Of a DNA stretch of 32,000 nucleotides, positions 1 to 8,754 are shown in pieces (the first letter of the stretch is position 1; every line of letters begins with the position of its first letter). The translations under genes were made by a program, and so were the position numbers. Under the pieces are notes generated by a model, which was given only the letters and a program-made list of their open reading frames with translations, was not told the DNA's origin and did not search any database. This DNA comes from Psychrobacter sp. DM4. GTDB lineage: Bacteria; Pseudomonadota; Gammaproteobacteria; Pseudomonadales; Moraxellaceae. The stretch lies in contig NZ_CP195536.1 of the NCBI RefSeq assembly GCF_051307035.1, forward strand, positions 780,001-812,000, in the 5' to 3' direction.

Positions 1-2
1 TA

Positions 3-377
3 AAAGATAAATACACCTCGGAATTAGATAAAATTATAGCGTTCGCAGATCGCTGCTCCAATCTAGAGTTTTTTGTCCAAGGGCATACCTCTAAACTCGA
101 ACAGCACACCGCTGAGGATAAGACTCCAAATACTAAAGGTTCGTTTCAGCAGTTATCTTCTATCTCTTTAGCAAGTGCGCGCGCGCAAAGTATCAAAGAT
201 TATTTGGTTACTCTTGACCTGCCAACAAATAGAATTCGAACCTTTGATTGTGGTGCCGATAGCCCTATTGCCTCTAATGATACTGAGGAGGGTGCCAATA
301 TGAATCAGCGAGTATACGGTTGGATGTCGGTGTATGAGAGGTATAATCAAACGCTCCTAAATTGCACAGAGTTTTGA
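3..377 (+). CDS. OmpA-like (peptidoglycan-binding) domain protein, partial; 5' end lies outside the window
   Basis: The frame is open from the window edge to TGA 375-377 and is absent from the ATG-anchored ORF track. The translation ends ...SLASARAQSIKDYLVTLDLPTNRIRTFDCGADSPIASNDTEEGANMNQRVYGW... This fits the OmpA C-terminal domain pattern (LS..RA..V..YL, then G...PIA.N.T.EG...N.RV). It is clearly paralogous to the C-terminus of the next gene. Confidence 0.7.
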   Translation, partial: KDKYTSELDKIIAFADRCSNLEFFVQGHTSKLEQHTAEDKTPNTKGSFQQLSSISLASARAQSIKDYLVTLDLPTNRIRTFDCGADSPIASNDTEEGANMNQRVYGWMSVYERYNQTLLNCTEF

Positions 378-389
378 AGGTGAGATAGT

Positions 390-1004
390 ATGAAAATTCA
401 ATTAACAAAGATAATTTCAATTTCGCTGAGCTTTTTAGTTTTGTCAGCTTGCCAGACTCCAGTACCAAACCCTGTTTCAAACAATCGAACAGACCAAATT
501 ATTGATATACCCGTCGTTGAAGTTAGTTTAGATAGTGATAGCGATGGATATTCTGATGATATAGATATGTGCCCAGGCACTCCAATGAACATAACAGTAG
601 ATGAAAGGGGCTGTCCTCTTAACCTTATGTTAATAGGTGTTCTAAAAATGGAATATCGAGCTTTTTTCGCCAAGGGCAGTAGTGAGTTATCATCGGAGTA
701 TCAGCTTGAGCTTGATAGAGTAGCTCAAAAGCTACAAGAGTATGATACGGCAACTATGGCTATTGAAGGACATGCTTCAACAGATGAAACATCAGCTAAT
801 GATACAGCCTTGCAACCAAATGCTCTAGCAAGAAATAGAACGCTTATCGTCAAAAACTATCTGATAATGCAGCATCAAATTGATCCTAATCGTTTGAGCA
901 CTGCCAGTTATGGCGCCAAACAGCCTATTGCATCTTCTGATACTGAAGATGGCAAATCTATGAATCGCCGAGTTTATGGGCTGGCTGAGGAGCCTCTGGA
1001 TTAA
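390..1004 (+). CDS. OmpA-family outer-membrane lipoprotein with a thrombospondin type-3-like repeat
   Basis: ATG 390 is preceded by GAAGGTGAG. The N-terminus MKIQLTKIISISLSFLVLSAC is a signal peptide plus lipobox. DSDSDGYSDDIDMCPGTP..VDERGCP is an acidic Ca-binding TSP3-like repeat. The C-terminus IEGHASTDE...LARNRTLIVKNYL...SYGAKQPIASSDTEDGKSMNRRVYG is an OmpA_C domain. Confidence 0.8.
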   Translation: MKIQLTKIISISLSFLVLSACQTPVPNPVSNNRTDQIIDIPVVEVSLDSDSDGYSDDIDMCPGTPMNITVDERGCPLNLMLIGVLKMEYRAFFAKGSSELSSEYQLELDRVAQKLQEYDTATMAIEGHASTDETSANDTALQPNALARNRTLIVKNYLIMQHQIDPNRLSTASYGAKQPIASSDTEDGKSMNRRVYGLAEEPLD

Positions 1005-1115
1005 TTATTTTTGACTTTTTAAAATGCTTAAAATCAAGCACAGGTTTTGAATTTCGAACATCGAGTATTTGACAAATAGATTTCGGTTTAAAACAATAAT
1101 CCAAAGGCAAACCCC

Positions 1116-2297
1116 ATGCTCATCCCTACATACTGGGCGCAACATAAACATCGCTTTAACTCGCCTGCGAAAGCTAATCAACCTTCTAAACAAGCGACAA
1201 TTAAACGCTATGGCTGGTCGGATATCAGTCAAAGCGATGCTCTAGAGCATGCCAGATTACGAGTAGCTGAGGCGCATAAACGCTGGCTGGTAGGCGAGGA
1301 TATACTACGCCGTGAGCGCAAGGAAGAATACAATGAGAATAACGGCATTCCCATCCGCGAGCAGATCGTCTCTAAGCAAGTTTTCCCTTCATCTGTATCA
1401 TTAAAAGAGGCGTTAACGCAGCTGATCGTCACGCGCAACAGCTACGGCGCGCAAGTCGCTAACGTCGACAATATCGCTATCATTGATGTTGATAATGATG
1501 ATCTATTAAGCCATCTCTATCCTGAGCAGTACAACGCTGACGGTTTTATACCTGCTTCAGTCACCACTAAAAGCTCGTCCTCAACTAAAATAAAGGTTTG
1601 GTTTTTTGTGTTTGTCTTTATTTTTGTCGCCAGTATCATCGCTTATCTGGGGCTGTCGTGGTTATGGCTATTAGCATTTATGATAGGCGTCACGGCTTAT
1701 CTATGGCAACAAGCCAACCAAAAAGACAAAGCACGCATACAAAAATACACGGATGACAAAGCCTCTCTACAACCTTTTGTGACTAATTTAATTCAAAAGC
1801 GTATCGATAGCCATCCTACAGAATCTTTTCGTTTGTATGAGACGCCCGCAGGCTTTCGTATCGTAGCCACTCACGATACCATCGCGCCAAGCGATAAAGT
1901 CGTCGCTGAGTGGTTTACTACCTTTTACGCTGATGCGAATTATGTACGTCTGTGTCAAGTGCAGCAATGCTTTCGCGCGCGCCTCACGGCCAAGCCTTGG
2001 CGTATAAGTGAGGTCAACGAGAAGCGAGTATTAGACAAAAATATTCCTACCACAGATTTTTGGTCGCGGCCTGCTGAAGACGTCGATGCCATAAAGAATG
2101 AGTCACGCTACGCAGAGCTTGACGCTAGGAAGAAGTGGATTGCGGATTACGACACCTTTGCTCAAGGCTACAAAGCGTGTCGTTATGTCGAGAGTTTTTC
2201 TAGTAAAGAGGTTAAACCAGAACAAGCTGCTATTAATGAGTTTATCCAGTGGCATGATAGTACTTGTCAGGTGGATAAAGAGCTGCCGTTAGCCTAA
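1116..2297 (+). CDS. Uncharacterised membrane protein (two central TM helices, soluble N- and C-terminal domains)
   Basis: This is a 393-codon ORF with AAAGG about 9 nt upstream of the ATG. The central hydrophobic block KVWFFVFVFIFVASIIAYLGLSWLWLLAFMIGVTAYLW predicts a TM hairpin. I could not assign any motif to a named family. Confidence 0.6.
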   Translation: MLIPTYWAQHKHRFNSPAKANQPSKQATIKRYGWSDISQSDALEHARLRVAEAHKRWLVGEDILRRERKEEYNENNGIPIREQIVSKQVFPSSVSLKEALTQLIVTRNSYGAQVANVDNIAIIDVDNDDLLSHLYPEQYNADGFIPASVTTKSSSSTKIKVWFFVFVFIFVASIIAYLGLSWLWLLAFMIGVTAYLWQQANQKDKARIQKYTDDKASLQPFVTNLIQKRIDSHPTESFRLYETPAGFRIVATHDTIAPSDKVVAEWFTTFYADANYVRLCQVQQCFRARLTAKPWRISEVNEKRVLDKNIPTTDFWSRPAEDVDAIKNESRYAELDARKKWIADYDTFAQGYKACRYVESFSSKEVKPEQAAINEFIQWHDSTCQVDKELPLA

Positions 2298-2325
2298 ACA
2301 GTGAATAGTGCTTAAGCACCTATAC

Positions 2326-3237
2326 TCAGCCCAACGCCGAAAACAACACCATCAGCACCGGGGATACAATATTAATAATAAAGCCAAAGCTAATCGCTAG
2401 GGGTACGACCTTTAGTCCACCTGATTGTTGAATAATCGGCAGCGTAAAGTCTAAACTGGTCGCGCCGCCAAGTCCGACCGCGGCTGAGGGATATTTGCGC
2501 ATAAAGACGGGGATAAATATTAGTGCAAAGAACTCACGGATGAGATCATTAAAGAGCGCGACGCTACCCCAAATCGCCCCATAAGCATCGGTCATGACGA
2601 TAGCCGATAACGAATACCAACCAAAGCCCGACGCTAAGGCTAAGCCTTTCGTCCATGATACTTCACTGAACAGCATGGCAAATATCACCCCGCCCACCAA
2701 TACTGCCAAAGTAAAGATCACACTCATCTCCACTCCGCGTTTATTGAGCAACACCTCTTTCAAAGTAATACCTGAGCCTTTAAGACCAATGCCAACGAGT
2801 AAGATAAGTATCATCAGTAGAATAGTCATGGTGTTTTCAGGCGGCATAAAATTGTCGGGCAAAAAATAACCTATCACCATACCGATGACCACGCATATGA
2901 CTTGCGCTAAGCTGCCACGAATACTGACGCGATGTTCTCTCGATTTTGTGGCGAGTTGTTTGGCTTGCCAAGGTTTTAGACGATCAAAAACCATGAGCCC
3001 GATGAGCCCTGTACCAATTGTCAATATCGATAGCACGGTCACATAGAGCGCAATTTCTCCCACTTGACCGCCCAGACCCTCAACTTGTGACAGCTCAATG
3101 CCGATCACGGTCAAAATAATGAAGACCAAGTACGATAGACCTTTATCAGCGAGGATCGTCATCTTTGGATTCGATGGAATTGCAAAGCCAATAAACATCG
3201 GGGTAAGGACGAGAATGAGGGTAATAAGGCTTTGCAT
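2326..3237 (-). CDS. lysO: Lysine exporter LysO (YbjE) family membrane protein
   Basis: The 303-aa polytopic protein aligns by eye along its length with E. coli YbjE as I recall it. Shared blocks are LASGFGWYSLS, FNDLIRE, GGATSLDFTLPIIQQSGG and VPLAISFGFI. Confidence 0.85.
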   Translation of the reverse strand: MQSLITLILVLTPMFIGFAIPSNPKMTILADKGLSYLVFIILTVIGIELSQVEGLGGQVGEIALYVTVLSILTIGTGLIGLMVFDRLKPWQAKQLATKSREHRVSIRGSLAQVICVVIGMVIGYFLPDNFMPPENTMTILLMILILLVGIGLKGSGITLKEVLLNKRGVEMSVIFTLAVLVGGVIFAMLFSEVSWTKGLALASGFGWYSLSAIVMTDAYGAIWGSVALFNDLIREFFALIFIPVFMRKYPSAAVGLGGATSLDFTLPIIQQSGGLKVVPLAISFGFIINIVSPVLMVLFSALG

Positions 3238-3321
3238 AGTGATACGCTCGCAATGGTTTACAAGGCGTTTTTAGGAGGCTGGAGAGTGTATCATAGTAGG
3301 ACATAGGTTCTACTATGAATT

Positions 3322-5190
3322 TTAGCTGGCGACAAGTGCCGGCGCTTGTTCATCTACATCATGAAAGATATTTTTCATTGAACAAGCGTTTTTAAGCAGT
3401 GCGGTATCTATAAGCGGTGCAATTGTACTGGTTCTCGCCTTATCTGCCATATGTGGGTAGTCAGTACGATAATGACCACCGCGACTCTCGTATCGCTGAT
3501 AGGCCGACTCAATAATTAAAGTCGCTAGTTGTAATTGTCTGCTTAATTGAAAATGCGCCAGCCCTTGTGCCGTCATCGTGCTCTGTGTGGTATTAATTTC
3601 CGTCAGACCTGCTTGCAGACGTTGCTGCCATTTTGCTATTTGTACCAGTGCTTGCTGTAACTTCACAGCGCTACGAGTGATGCCCATGTGCGTACTCATA
3701 AGTGTTTTTAGCTGGGTAGTGATGCGACCCATACTATCAATATCAATGTTATCAATATAAAGATCAGTATCGTTATAAGTGACGGTATTACTAGTGCAAG
3801 TGCTCGTATCTTTGAGTAAGCTAATAGTTTGCGTGTCCGCTAAGACAGGCGGCGTCCAAAACATACGCCCAGAATTATTAGAAGAGCTGACATTGTCACA
3901 TACTGATATCTCGTTTAGGTAACGCGGCAAGTCAGTAGCGATATTACGGCCGACGACTACGCATTCTAATAAGGAGTTACTGGCCAAGCGATTGGCACCG
4001 TGCAAGCCTGTGTAGGCGACTTCACCAGCCGCATAGAGTCCTGCTACATCAGTCATACCGCGTGCGTCAGCGACCACACCGCCGCAGCTATAATGCGCTG
4101 TAGGCGCGACTGGAATAGGGTCAGTAGTTATGTCGATACCGAGATCAAGCAGCGTCTGATAAATCTGCGGAAAATGATCTTTAATAAAGTCACTTGGCAG
4201 ATGACTAATATCAAGATGCACATAGCCCAAACCATTATTGCTAATCTGCTCAGCTATCGCGCGCGCTACGATATCGCGCGGCGCCAGCTCTGCGCGCGTA
4301 TCAACCTCTAGCATAAAGCGCTTGCCCGTTTGCGGACAATACAGATGTCCCCCTTCACCGCGTAGCGCCTCTGAGATCAAAAAGCTACTATCGCTCAACG
4401 CAAGACCCGTCGGATGAAACTGGATAAACTCCAAATTGGCTAAGCGGCATCCTGCTTGCCATGCCATCATGACCCCATCACCGACGCAGACGTTAGGCGC
4501 ACTGGCACGTTTGAACAGTTGCCCCAAACCGCCACTAGCCAGTACGACGGCGCGACTGTGAAAACTAAGACGGCGTCCCGTATTATGATCGAACACGTGC
4601 GCCCCGTAGCAGGATTTAAGTTCATCGTCATAAGTTAAAAGGCTTAGCGCTTCATGAAAGGGCAGGATGGTAATATTCGTCGCACTCTGCGCTTTAAGCG
4701 TCAAGGTCTCCATAATATGCCGACCTGTCGCATCATCAGCGTGAGCCACACGGCGGCGACCATGTCCACCTTCTTGGGTTAAATGTAGGTCTGTCGTTTG
4801 TAGTGTATGCTTTGATTGAATATCAATATTTTGTTCAAAATGGGGCTGAGGAATTTGAGTAAAAGGCACGCCTTGTTCGCATAGCCATTGCACTGCCGAT
4901 TGTCCTGCGCCCAAAATCTCAGAAGTATTATGGGTAGTACATAATCCAGCACCAGCGACTAAAGTATCCGCGATATGATCGGTGATAGAGTCGTCTTTAT
5001 CCAAGCTAGCAGCTATGCCGCCTTGCGCATAATGACTTGAACAGACCTCAAGCGCGGCTTTGCTTAGTACCGTAATACGTAGCGATTCAGGTAAGGCCAA
5101 AGCAGTACTTAAGCCGGCTAGGCCAGCCCCGATAATAAGGACATCAGTTTGTATGATAGGTGTTTTATCAGCGCTTGCTCGTCCATTCAT
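3322..5190 (-). CDS. nadB: L-aspartate oxidase
   Basis: It has the FAD fingerprint DVLIIGAGLAGLS, plus HYAQGGIAA, FIQFHPTG, EALRGEGG, APRDIVARAI, PTAHYSCGGV, GLYAAGEVAYTGLHGANRLASNSLLE and ESRGGHYRTDYP. I moved the start to ATG 5190-5188 (MNGRAS...), one nucleotide after the nadA stop. The track start at 5256 would overlap nadA by 65 nt. Confidence 0.93.
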   Translation of the reverse strand: MNGRASADKTPIIQTDVLIIGAGLAGLSTALALPESLRITVLSKAALEVCSSHYAQGGIAASLDKDDSITDHIADTLVAGAGLCTTHNTSEILGAGQSAVQWLCEQGVPFTQIPQPHFEQNIDIQSKHTLQTTDLHLTQEGGHGRRRVAHADDATGRHIMETLTLKAQSATNITILPFHEALSLLTYDDELKSCYGAHVFDHNTGRRLSFHSRAVVLASGGLGQLFKRASAPNVCVGDGVMMAWQAGCRLANLEFIQFHPTGLALSDSSFLISEALRGEGGHLYCPQTGKRFMLEVDTRAELAPRDIVARAIAEQISNNGLGYVHLDISHLPSDFIKDHFPQIYQTLLDLGIDITTDPIPVAPTAHYSCGGVVADARGMTDVAGLYAAGEVAYTGLHGANRLASNSLLECVVVGRNIATDLPRYLNEISVCDNVSSSNNSGRMFWTPPVLADTQTISLLKDTSTCTSNTVTYNDTDLYIDNIDIDSMGRITTQLKTLMSTHMGITRSAVKLQQALVQIAKWQQRLQAGLTEINTTQSTMTAQGLAHFQLSRQLQLATLIIESAYQRYESRGGHYRTDYPHMADKARTSTIAPLIDTALLKNACSMKNIFHDVDEQAPALVAS

Positions 5191-5191
5191 T

Positions 5192-6331
5192 TTAGGCAGC
5201 TCCAACGTTGGCGAATAGGGTACGGTCTTTGACAATATCACCGCTTGTGGCAACACGCTGCTTTTGCGCCTCAGCGAAATCCAGCATGCGTTGCAACGGT
5301 TTTTTGGCGGCGACTGCCAGTTCAGCTGACATCAATACTTCACCGCTACGTTCAGTCAAACAGCGCTCAATACCTTGCAAGCCATTCATTGCCATCCACG
5401 GACAGAACGCGCAGCTCTTACAGCTCGCGCTTTCACCTGCTGTTGGTGCGGCCAAAAAGTGCTTATTTGGTGAGCGTTTTTGCATTTCATGCAAGATACC
5501 TAAGTCAGTGGCGACAATAAAAGTATCGGCGTCCATCTCGTATGTTGATTTGAGCAATTTGCTGGTTGAGCCAACCACATCAGCGAGAGCGACCACGCTA
5601 TCGGGTGATTCAGGATGTACTAGTACTTTTGCGTCAGGGTGCTGCTGTTTTAATTGCGCAAGCTCAGTGGCTTTAAACTCATTGTGAACTAAGCACGAGC
5701 CCTGCCATAGCAGCATATCAGCGCCGGTTTCTTGCGCGATGTATTTACCTAAATGGCGATCAGGACCCCAGATGATCTTTTCGCCTTTGTCATGGAGATG
5801 ACGGATAATATCGATACCGACAGAGGAGGTCACCACCCAATCAGCGCGCGCCTTGACTGCCGCACTCGTATTAGCGTAGACCACAACCGTGCGCTCAGGA
5901 TGCGCATCGCAAAACGCTGAGAACTCATCAGCTGGGCAGCCGAGATCGAGCGAGCACTCCGCCTCTAAATCCGCCATGAGCACGGTCTTCTCCATGCTCA
6001 GAATCTTGGCAGACTCGCCCATAAAGCGCACCCCTGCCACGACTAATGTCTGTGCACTATGTGCTTGACCAAAGCGCGCCATCTCAAGTGAGTCGCCGAC
6101 GCAGCCGCCTGTCGCTAGCGCTAGGTCTTGGATAAAAGGGTCAACGTAATAGTGAGCGACTAGTACCGCATTGTGTTCTTCTAATAACTGCTTGATATTA
6201 TTTTCAACGATCAAGCGTTCAGTACGTGGCAAGTCTGTTGGTGCTTTTGCTTTTGCATAGTCAATCTTAGTTTGGATAGTACTACGATTATCAGTGCTTA
6301 ATACAGGAGCGTCATAGGGATAGATTTTCAT
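5192..6331 (-). CDS. nadA: Quinolinate synthase
   Basis: The 379-aa protein has NadA-type blocks: [34 protein letters not shown] and the cysteine cluster [11 protein letters not shown] (CxxCxxC). It sits immediately upstream of nadB on the same strand. Confidence 0.93.
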   Translation of the reverse strand: MKIYPYDAPVLSTDNRSTIQTKIDYAKAKAPTDLPRTERLIVENNIKQLLEEHNAVLVAHYYVDPFIQDLALATGGCVGDSLEMARFGQAHSAQTLVVAGVRFMGESAKILSMEKTVLMADLEAECSLDLGCPADEFSAFCDAHPERTVVVYANTSAAVKARADWVVTSSVGIDIIRHLHDKGEKIIWGPDRHLGKYIAQETGADMLLWQGSCLVHNEFKATELAQLKQQHPDAKVLVHPESPDSVVALADVVGSTSKLLKSTYEMDADTFIVATDLGILHEMQKRSPNKHFLAAPTAGESASCKSCAFCPWMAMNGLQGIERCLTERSGEVLMSAELAVAAKKPLQRMLDFAEAQKQRVATSGDIVKDRTLFANVGAA

Positions 6332-6428
6332 AAGTCGTGGTCTCTTTTATGACAGTAACAAGGGTTCAGTAGAGAGAAAAATAAGCGCAAGTATGTTTTG
6401 TGACAGCATTTTTAGTGGATAGGTTCTA

Positions 6429-6456
6429 ATTATGCTCATTTTGAGCATAAATACAA
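6429..6456 (-). promoter_or_regulatory. Putative sigma70 promoter of nadA-nadB, with the operator in its spacer
   Basis: Read on the minus strand: TTGTAT (6456-6451), a 16-nt spacer, then CATAAT (6434-6429), about 100 nt upstream of the nadA ATG. The palindrome at 6430-6450 spans essentially the whole spacer and overlaps the -10 hexamer. Hexamer matches are common in AT-rich DNA, so confidence is low. Confidence 0.35.
6430..6450. promoter_or_regulatory. Perfect 9-3-9 palindrome TTATGCTCA-TTT-TGAGCATAA; candidate NadQ/NrtR-type operator in the nadA / regulator divergent region
   Basis: The palindrome is read directly from the sequence. A 19/21-identical copy lies upstream of nadC (7712-7732). 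Both flank the Nudix-type regulator gene. Confidence 0.6.
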
Positions 6457-6620
6457 GTTGTTTTTGTGACTAAAAGAGATTTGAGGGCTATTTATCTTAA
6501 GTATTATCTTTAATTTACGCGATCTACTATGATATTAAGACAAGACAGCTATACTAGATGCTATTACCCCTTATTAACTAAAAGTTTAATCCTTAACTAA
6601 GCACAGGTAACTCTTACACC

Positions 6621-7631
6621 ATGACGTTGTCTTATTCACACGCTCATCAGCAAGGCAGTGGTACTACGGAGGTAGTTGCGGTACTTATCGCTATTACCGA
6701 TCACACCGCGCGTGTCTTGACAGTTGACCAAGGTAAACTGCTCCCTAATGGGCCTTTGATGCCCTTACATCGCTCTTTGCAAGCCGGCGTGCGCGAGTGG
6801 GTTGAGGAACAGACTCAGCAGCCTTTAGGGTACATCGAGCAGCTTTATACCTTTGTGGATACCAACCGGCGCAACGTAGATGGTCATGCGCTGGTCTATG
6901 TCAGCTACCTTGGACTGGTGCAAGAGACACAAACCAACTTACAAAGCCAAGCACTATGGCGAGACTGGTATGAGTATTTTCCATGGGAGAATCACCTGCT
7001 AGGCACACCTGATATTATCGAGCGTCTCATCGTACCTGAGCTACTAGCTTGGGCAGACACCGCGAGCGATACCGCTGCCATATCACGTCGTCGTCAGCGT
7101 ATCGGTCTGTGCTGGGGCGTAGGCACAAAAGTGTTGGATCATAAACAAAGTACAAGTAAAGAATATGCAGATAGTGAGTGGATCGCTGAACATGCCTTAC
7201 TGCGCTATGAGATACTCTATGAGGCAGGACTCATCCCTGAAGCGCCGGCTTACCCTGCCAGTTATCGCTCTCATAAATTGCCAAGCGAGTGGTCAAAGGT
7301 TATGGGCGTACCGATGTATTACGATCATCGTCGTGTTATCGCCACAGCAATCTCTAGACTACGTGCCAAGATAGAGTATCAGCCCCTTATCTTTGGTCTT
7401 ACACCTGATGTATTTACTTTGTCAGAGCTACAAAAGAGCGTCGAAGCGCTCTCTGGCATGCCACTTCATAAGCAGAACTTTCGCCGCCTGCTCGACACTC
7501 AGAACCTAGTGATGGCAACGGGCGAGAGTAGTAGCGCTAGTCGTGGTCGTCCCGCAAAACTTTACCGTTTCCGTCATGATATTGAATTACAAAGTCTGCT
7601 TATGGATAGCAAGTTACCCAAACGCAAATAA
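6621..7631 (+). CDS. nadQ: Nudix-related transcriptional regulator of NAD biosynthesis (NadQ / NrtR-like)
   Basis: The 336-aa protein has an N-terminal region with a Nudix-like layout (VVAVLIAIT...LPNGPL...SLQAGVREWVEEQTQQPLGYIEQLYTF). The C-terminal winged-helix signature is FTLSELQKSVEALSGMPLHKQNFRRLL...GRPAKLYRF, as in NrtR-type regulators. The gene is embedded between nadAB and nadC. Confidence 0.7.
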   Translation: MTLSYSHAHQQGSGTTEVVAVLIAITDHTARVLTVDQGKLLPNGPLMPLHRSLQAGVREWVEEQTQQPLGYIEQLYTFVDTNRRNVDGHALVYVSYLGLVQETQTNLQSQALWRDWYEYFPWENHLLGTPDIIERLIVPELLAWADTASDTAAISRRRQRIGLCWGVGTKVLDHKQSTSKEYADSEWIAEHALLRYEILYEAGLIPEAPAYPASYRSHKLPSEWSKVMGVPMYYDHRRVIATAISRLRAKIEYQPLIFGLTPDVFTLSELQKSVEALSGMPLHKQNFRRLLDTQNLVMATGESSSASRGRPAKLYRFRHDIELQSLLMDSKLPKRK

Positions 7632-7711
7632 TAGATACCAAGCGTTGGTTTAGCCATTTCTCTAAATAAATAAATAATCTATCTTGCCAGTTTGTGCTCT
7701 ATACGCTATAT

Positions 7712-7732
7712 TTATGCTCATTTTGAGTTTAA
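7712..7732. promoter_or_regulatory. Second copy of the operator-like site, TTATGCTCA-TTT-TGAGTTTAA, upstream of nadC
   Basis: It is 19/21 identical to the site at 6430-6450. Its centre is 37 bp upstream of the nadC ATG, directly before a TATAAA(T) -10-like element at 7734-7740. Confidence 0.55.
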
Positions 7733-7758
7733 ATATAAATTAATAAAAGGCAAGATAG

Positions 7759-8619
7759 ATGAGCATAGTAGCAGAGCCTGCGATAGATGACGTATTACTC
7801 AAGCCCTTAGTTGAGGCCGCCTTGTTAGAGGACTTAGGACGTCGAGGTGACGTGACGTCGCAGGCGACCATTCCAGCGGACAAGCAAGCACAATTACAGA
7901 TCAAAGCACGGCAGGCTGGGGTGATATGTGGCATGGATTTGGCGCGATTGTCTTTTGCTATGGTTGATGCCAAGATTGCATTTGTAGCCAAGATTAGCGA
8001 TGGTGAAAGCGTGGTCGCAGGGACAGTACTAGCCACGGTAAGCGGTAATGCCAGACACTTGTTGACCGCAGAGCGTACTGCTTTAAACTTTATGACCCAT
8101 CTGAGCGGCATTGCGACCGCCACTCGCCACATTGTTGATAGCGTGGCAGAGTATCCCGCGCAGATTACATGTACCCGTAAGACTATTCCAGGGTTACGTA
8201 TCGTGCAGAAGTACGCAGTACGCTGTGGCGGTGGACGCAATCACCGCTTAGGACTCGACGATGCTATCTTGATCAAAGACAATCACATCGCTATCGCAGG
8301 GGATATTGCAACCGCTATCAAGCAGGCGCAGGATTTTGCTGGGCACTTGCTACCGATTGAGGTCGAGGTTGATACTTTAGAGCAGCTAGAGCAGGCTTTG
8401 GACGCTGGCGCGCAGCTGGTCTTACTCGATAATATGTCGCCTGAGATACTCACGCAAGCGGTCGCTATGTGCCAAAGCCGTGCCAAGACTGAAGCTTCGG
8501 GCGGTATTACTCCTGAGAGCGTACAAGCAGTGGCAAAAACGGGCGTTGATTTTATCGCGATGGGTTACCTCACACACAGTACAACCGCGCTTGATATTGG
8601 GCTTGATTTTAGTGCCTGA
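7759..8619 (+). CDS. nadC: Nicotinate-nucleotide pyrophosphorylase (quinolinate phosphoribosyltransferase)
   Basis: The 286-aa protein carries LLEDLGRRGDVTS, ERTALNFMTHLSGIAT, TRKTIPGLRIVQKYAVRCGGGRNHRLGLDDAILIKDNHI and LDNM. Confidence 0.93.
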   Translation: MSIVAEPAIDDVLLKPLVEAALLEDLGRRGDVTSQATIPADKQAQLQIKARQAGVICGMDLARLSFAMVDAKIAFVAKISDGESVVAGTVLATVSGNARHLLTAERTALNFMTHLSGIATATRHIVDSVAEYPAQITCTRKTIPGLRIVQKYAVRCGGGRNHRLGLDDAILIKDNHIAIAGDIATAIKQAQDFAGHLLPIEVEVDTLEQLEQALDAGAQLVLLDNMSPEILTQAVAMCQSRAKTEASGGITPESVQAVAKTGVDFIAMGYLTHSTTALDIGLDFSA

Positions 8620-8684
8620 TTTTGAGGGTTAGTATTTATCGAATAATATACTTATGATATAATGCCGCCATTAAACGCCTACTG

Positions 8685-8721
8685 GGTCACCGTCGCTTAC
8701 GCACGGTGACCTTATTTTTTT
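8685..8721 (+). terminator. Rho-independent terminator after nadC
   Basis: The stem GGTCACCGT (8685-8693) pairs with ACGGTGACC (8703-8711) around a 9-nt loop. It is followed by TTATTTTTTT. Confidence 0.7.
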
Positions 8722-8754
8722 GCTGAAGTTTTATGATAGACAAGTGAGCACTCA

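Noticed and set aside
1005-1232. A 75-aa minus-strand ORF spanning the intergenic region and the start of the 1116-2297 gene.
   Set aside because: It has no ribosome-binding site, overlaps a better ORF on the other strand and shows no recognisable features.
2308-2319. A 12-nt perfect palindrome, GTGCTTAAGCAC, between convergent genes.
   Set aside because: As a hairpin it gives only a 4-bp stem, and there is no T-run. It is too weak to call a terminator or a binding site from a single occurrence.
5191-5256. The ORF-track start of nadB at 5256 ([10 protein letters not shown]...) gives a 644-aa protein.
   Set aside because: The extension overlaps the 3' end of nadA by 65 nt. ATG 5190 (MNGRAS..) lies 1 nt after the nadA stop and sits just before the FAD-binding GxGxxG.
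7740-8240. A 166-aa minus-strand ORF inside nadC. Similar antisense or alternate-frame ORFs lie at 5208-5687, 5245-5520, 4000-4311, 10561-10920, 12988-13233, 13235-13519, 18350-18634, 2098-2292 and 2594-2869.
   Set aside because: All lie fully within confidently identified genes and have Ala/Arg/Cys/Ser-rich or otherwise mirror-frame compositions. None shows a recognisable motif. They are typical shadow ORFs.
8658-8721. A TATAAT hexamer (8658-8663) followed by the nadC terminator hairpin. It could be read as a tiny transcript or an attenuator leader for the MarC-family gene.
   Set aside because: There is no convincing -35 element and no alternative antiterminator structure. The simplest explanation is an ordinary nadC terminator.
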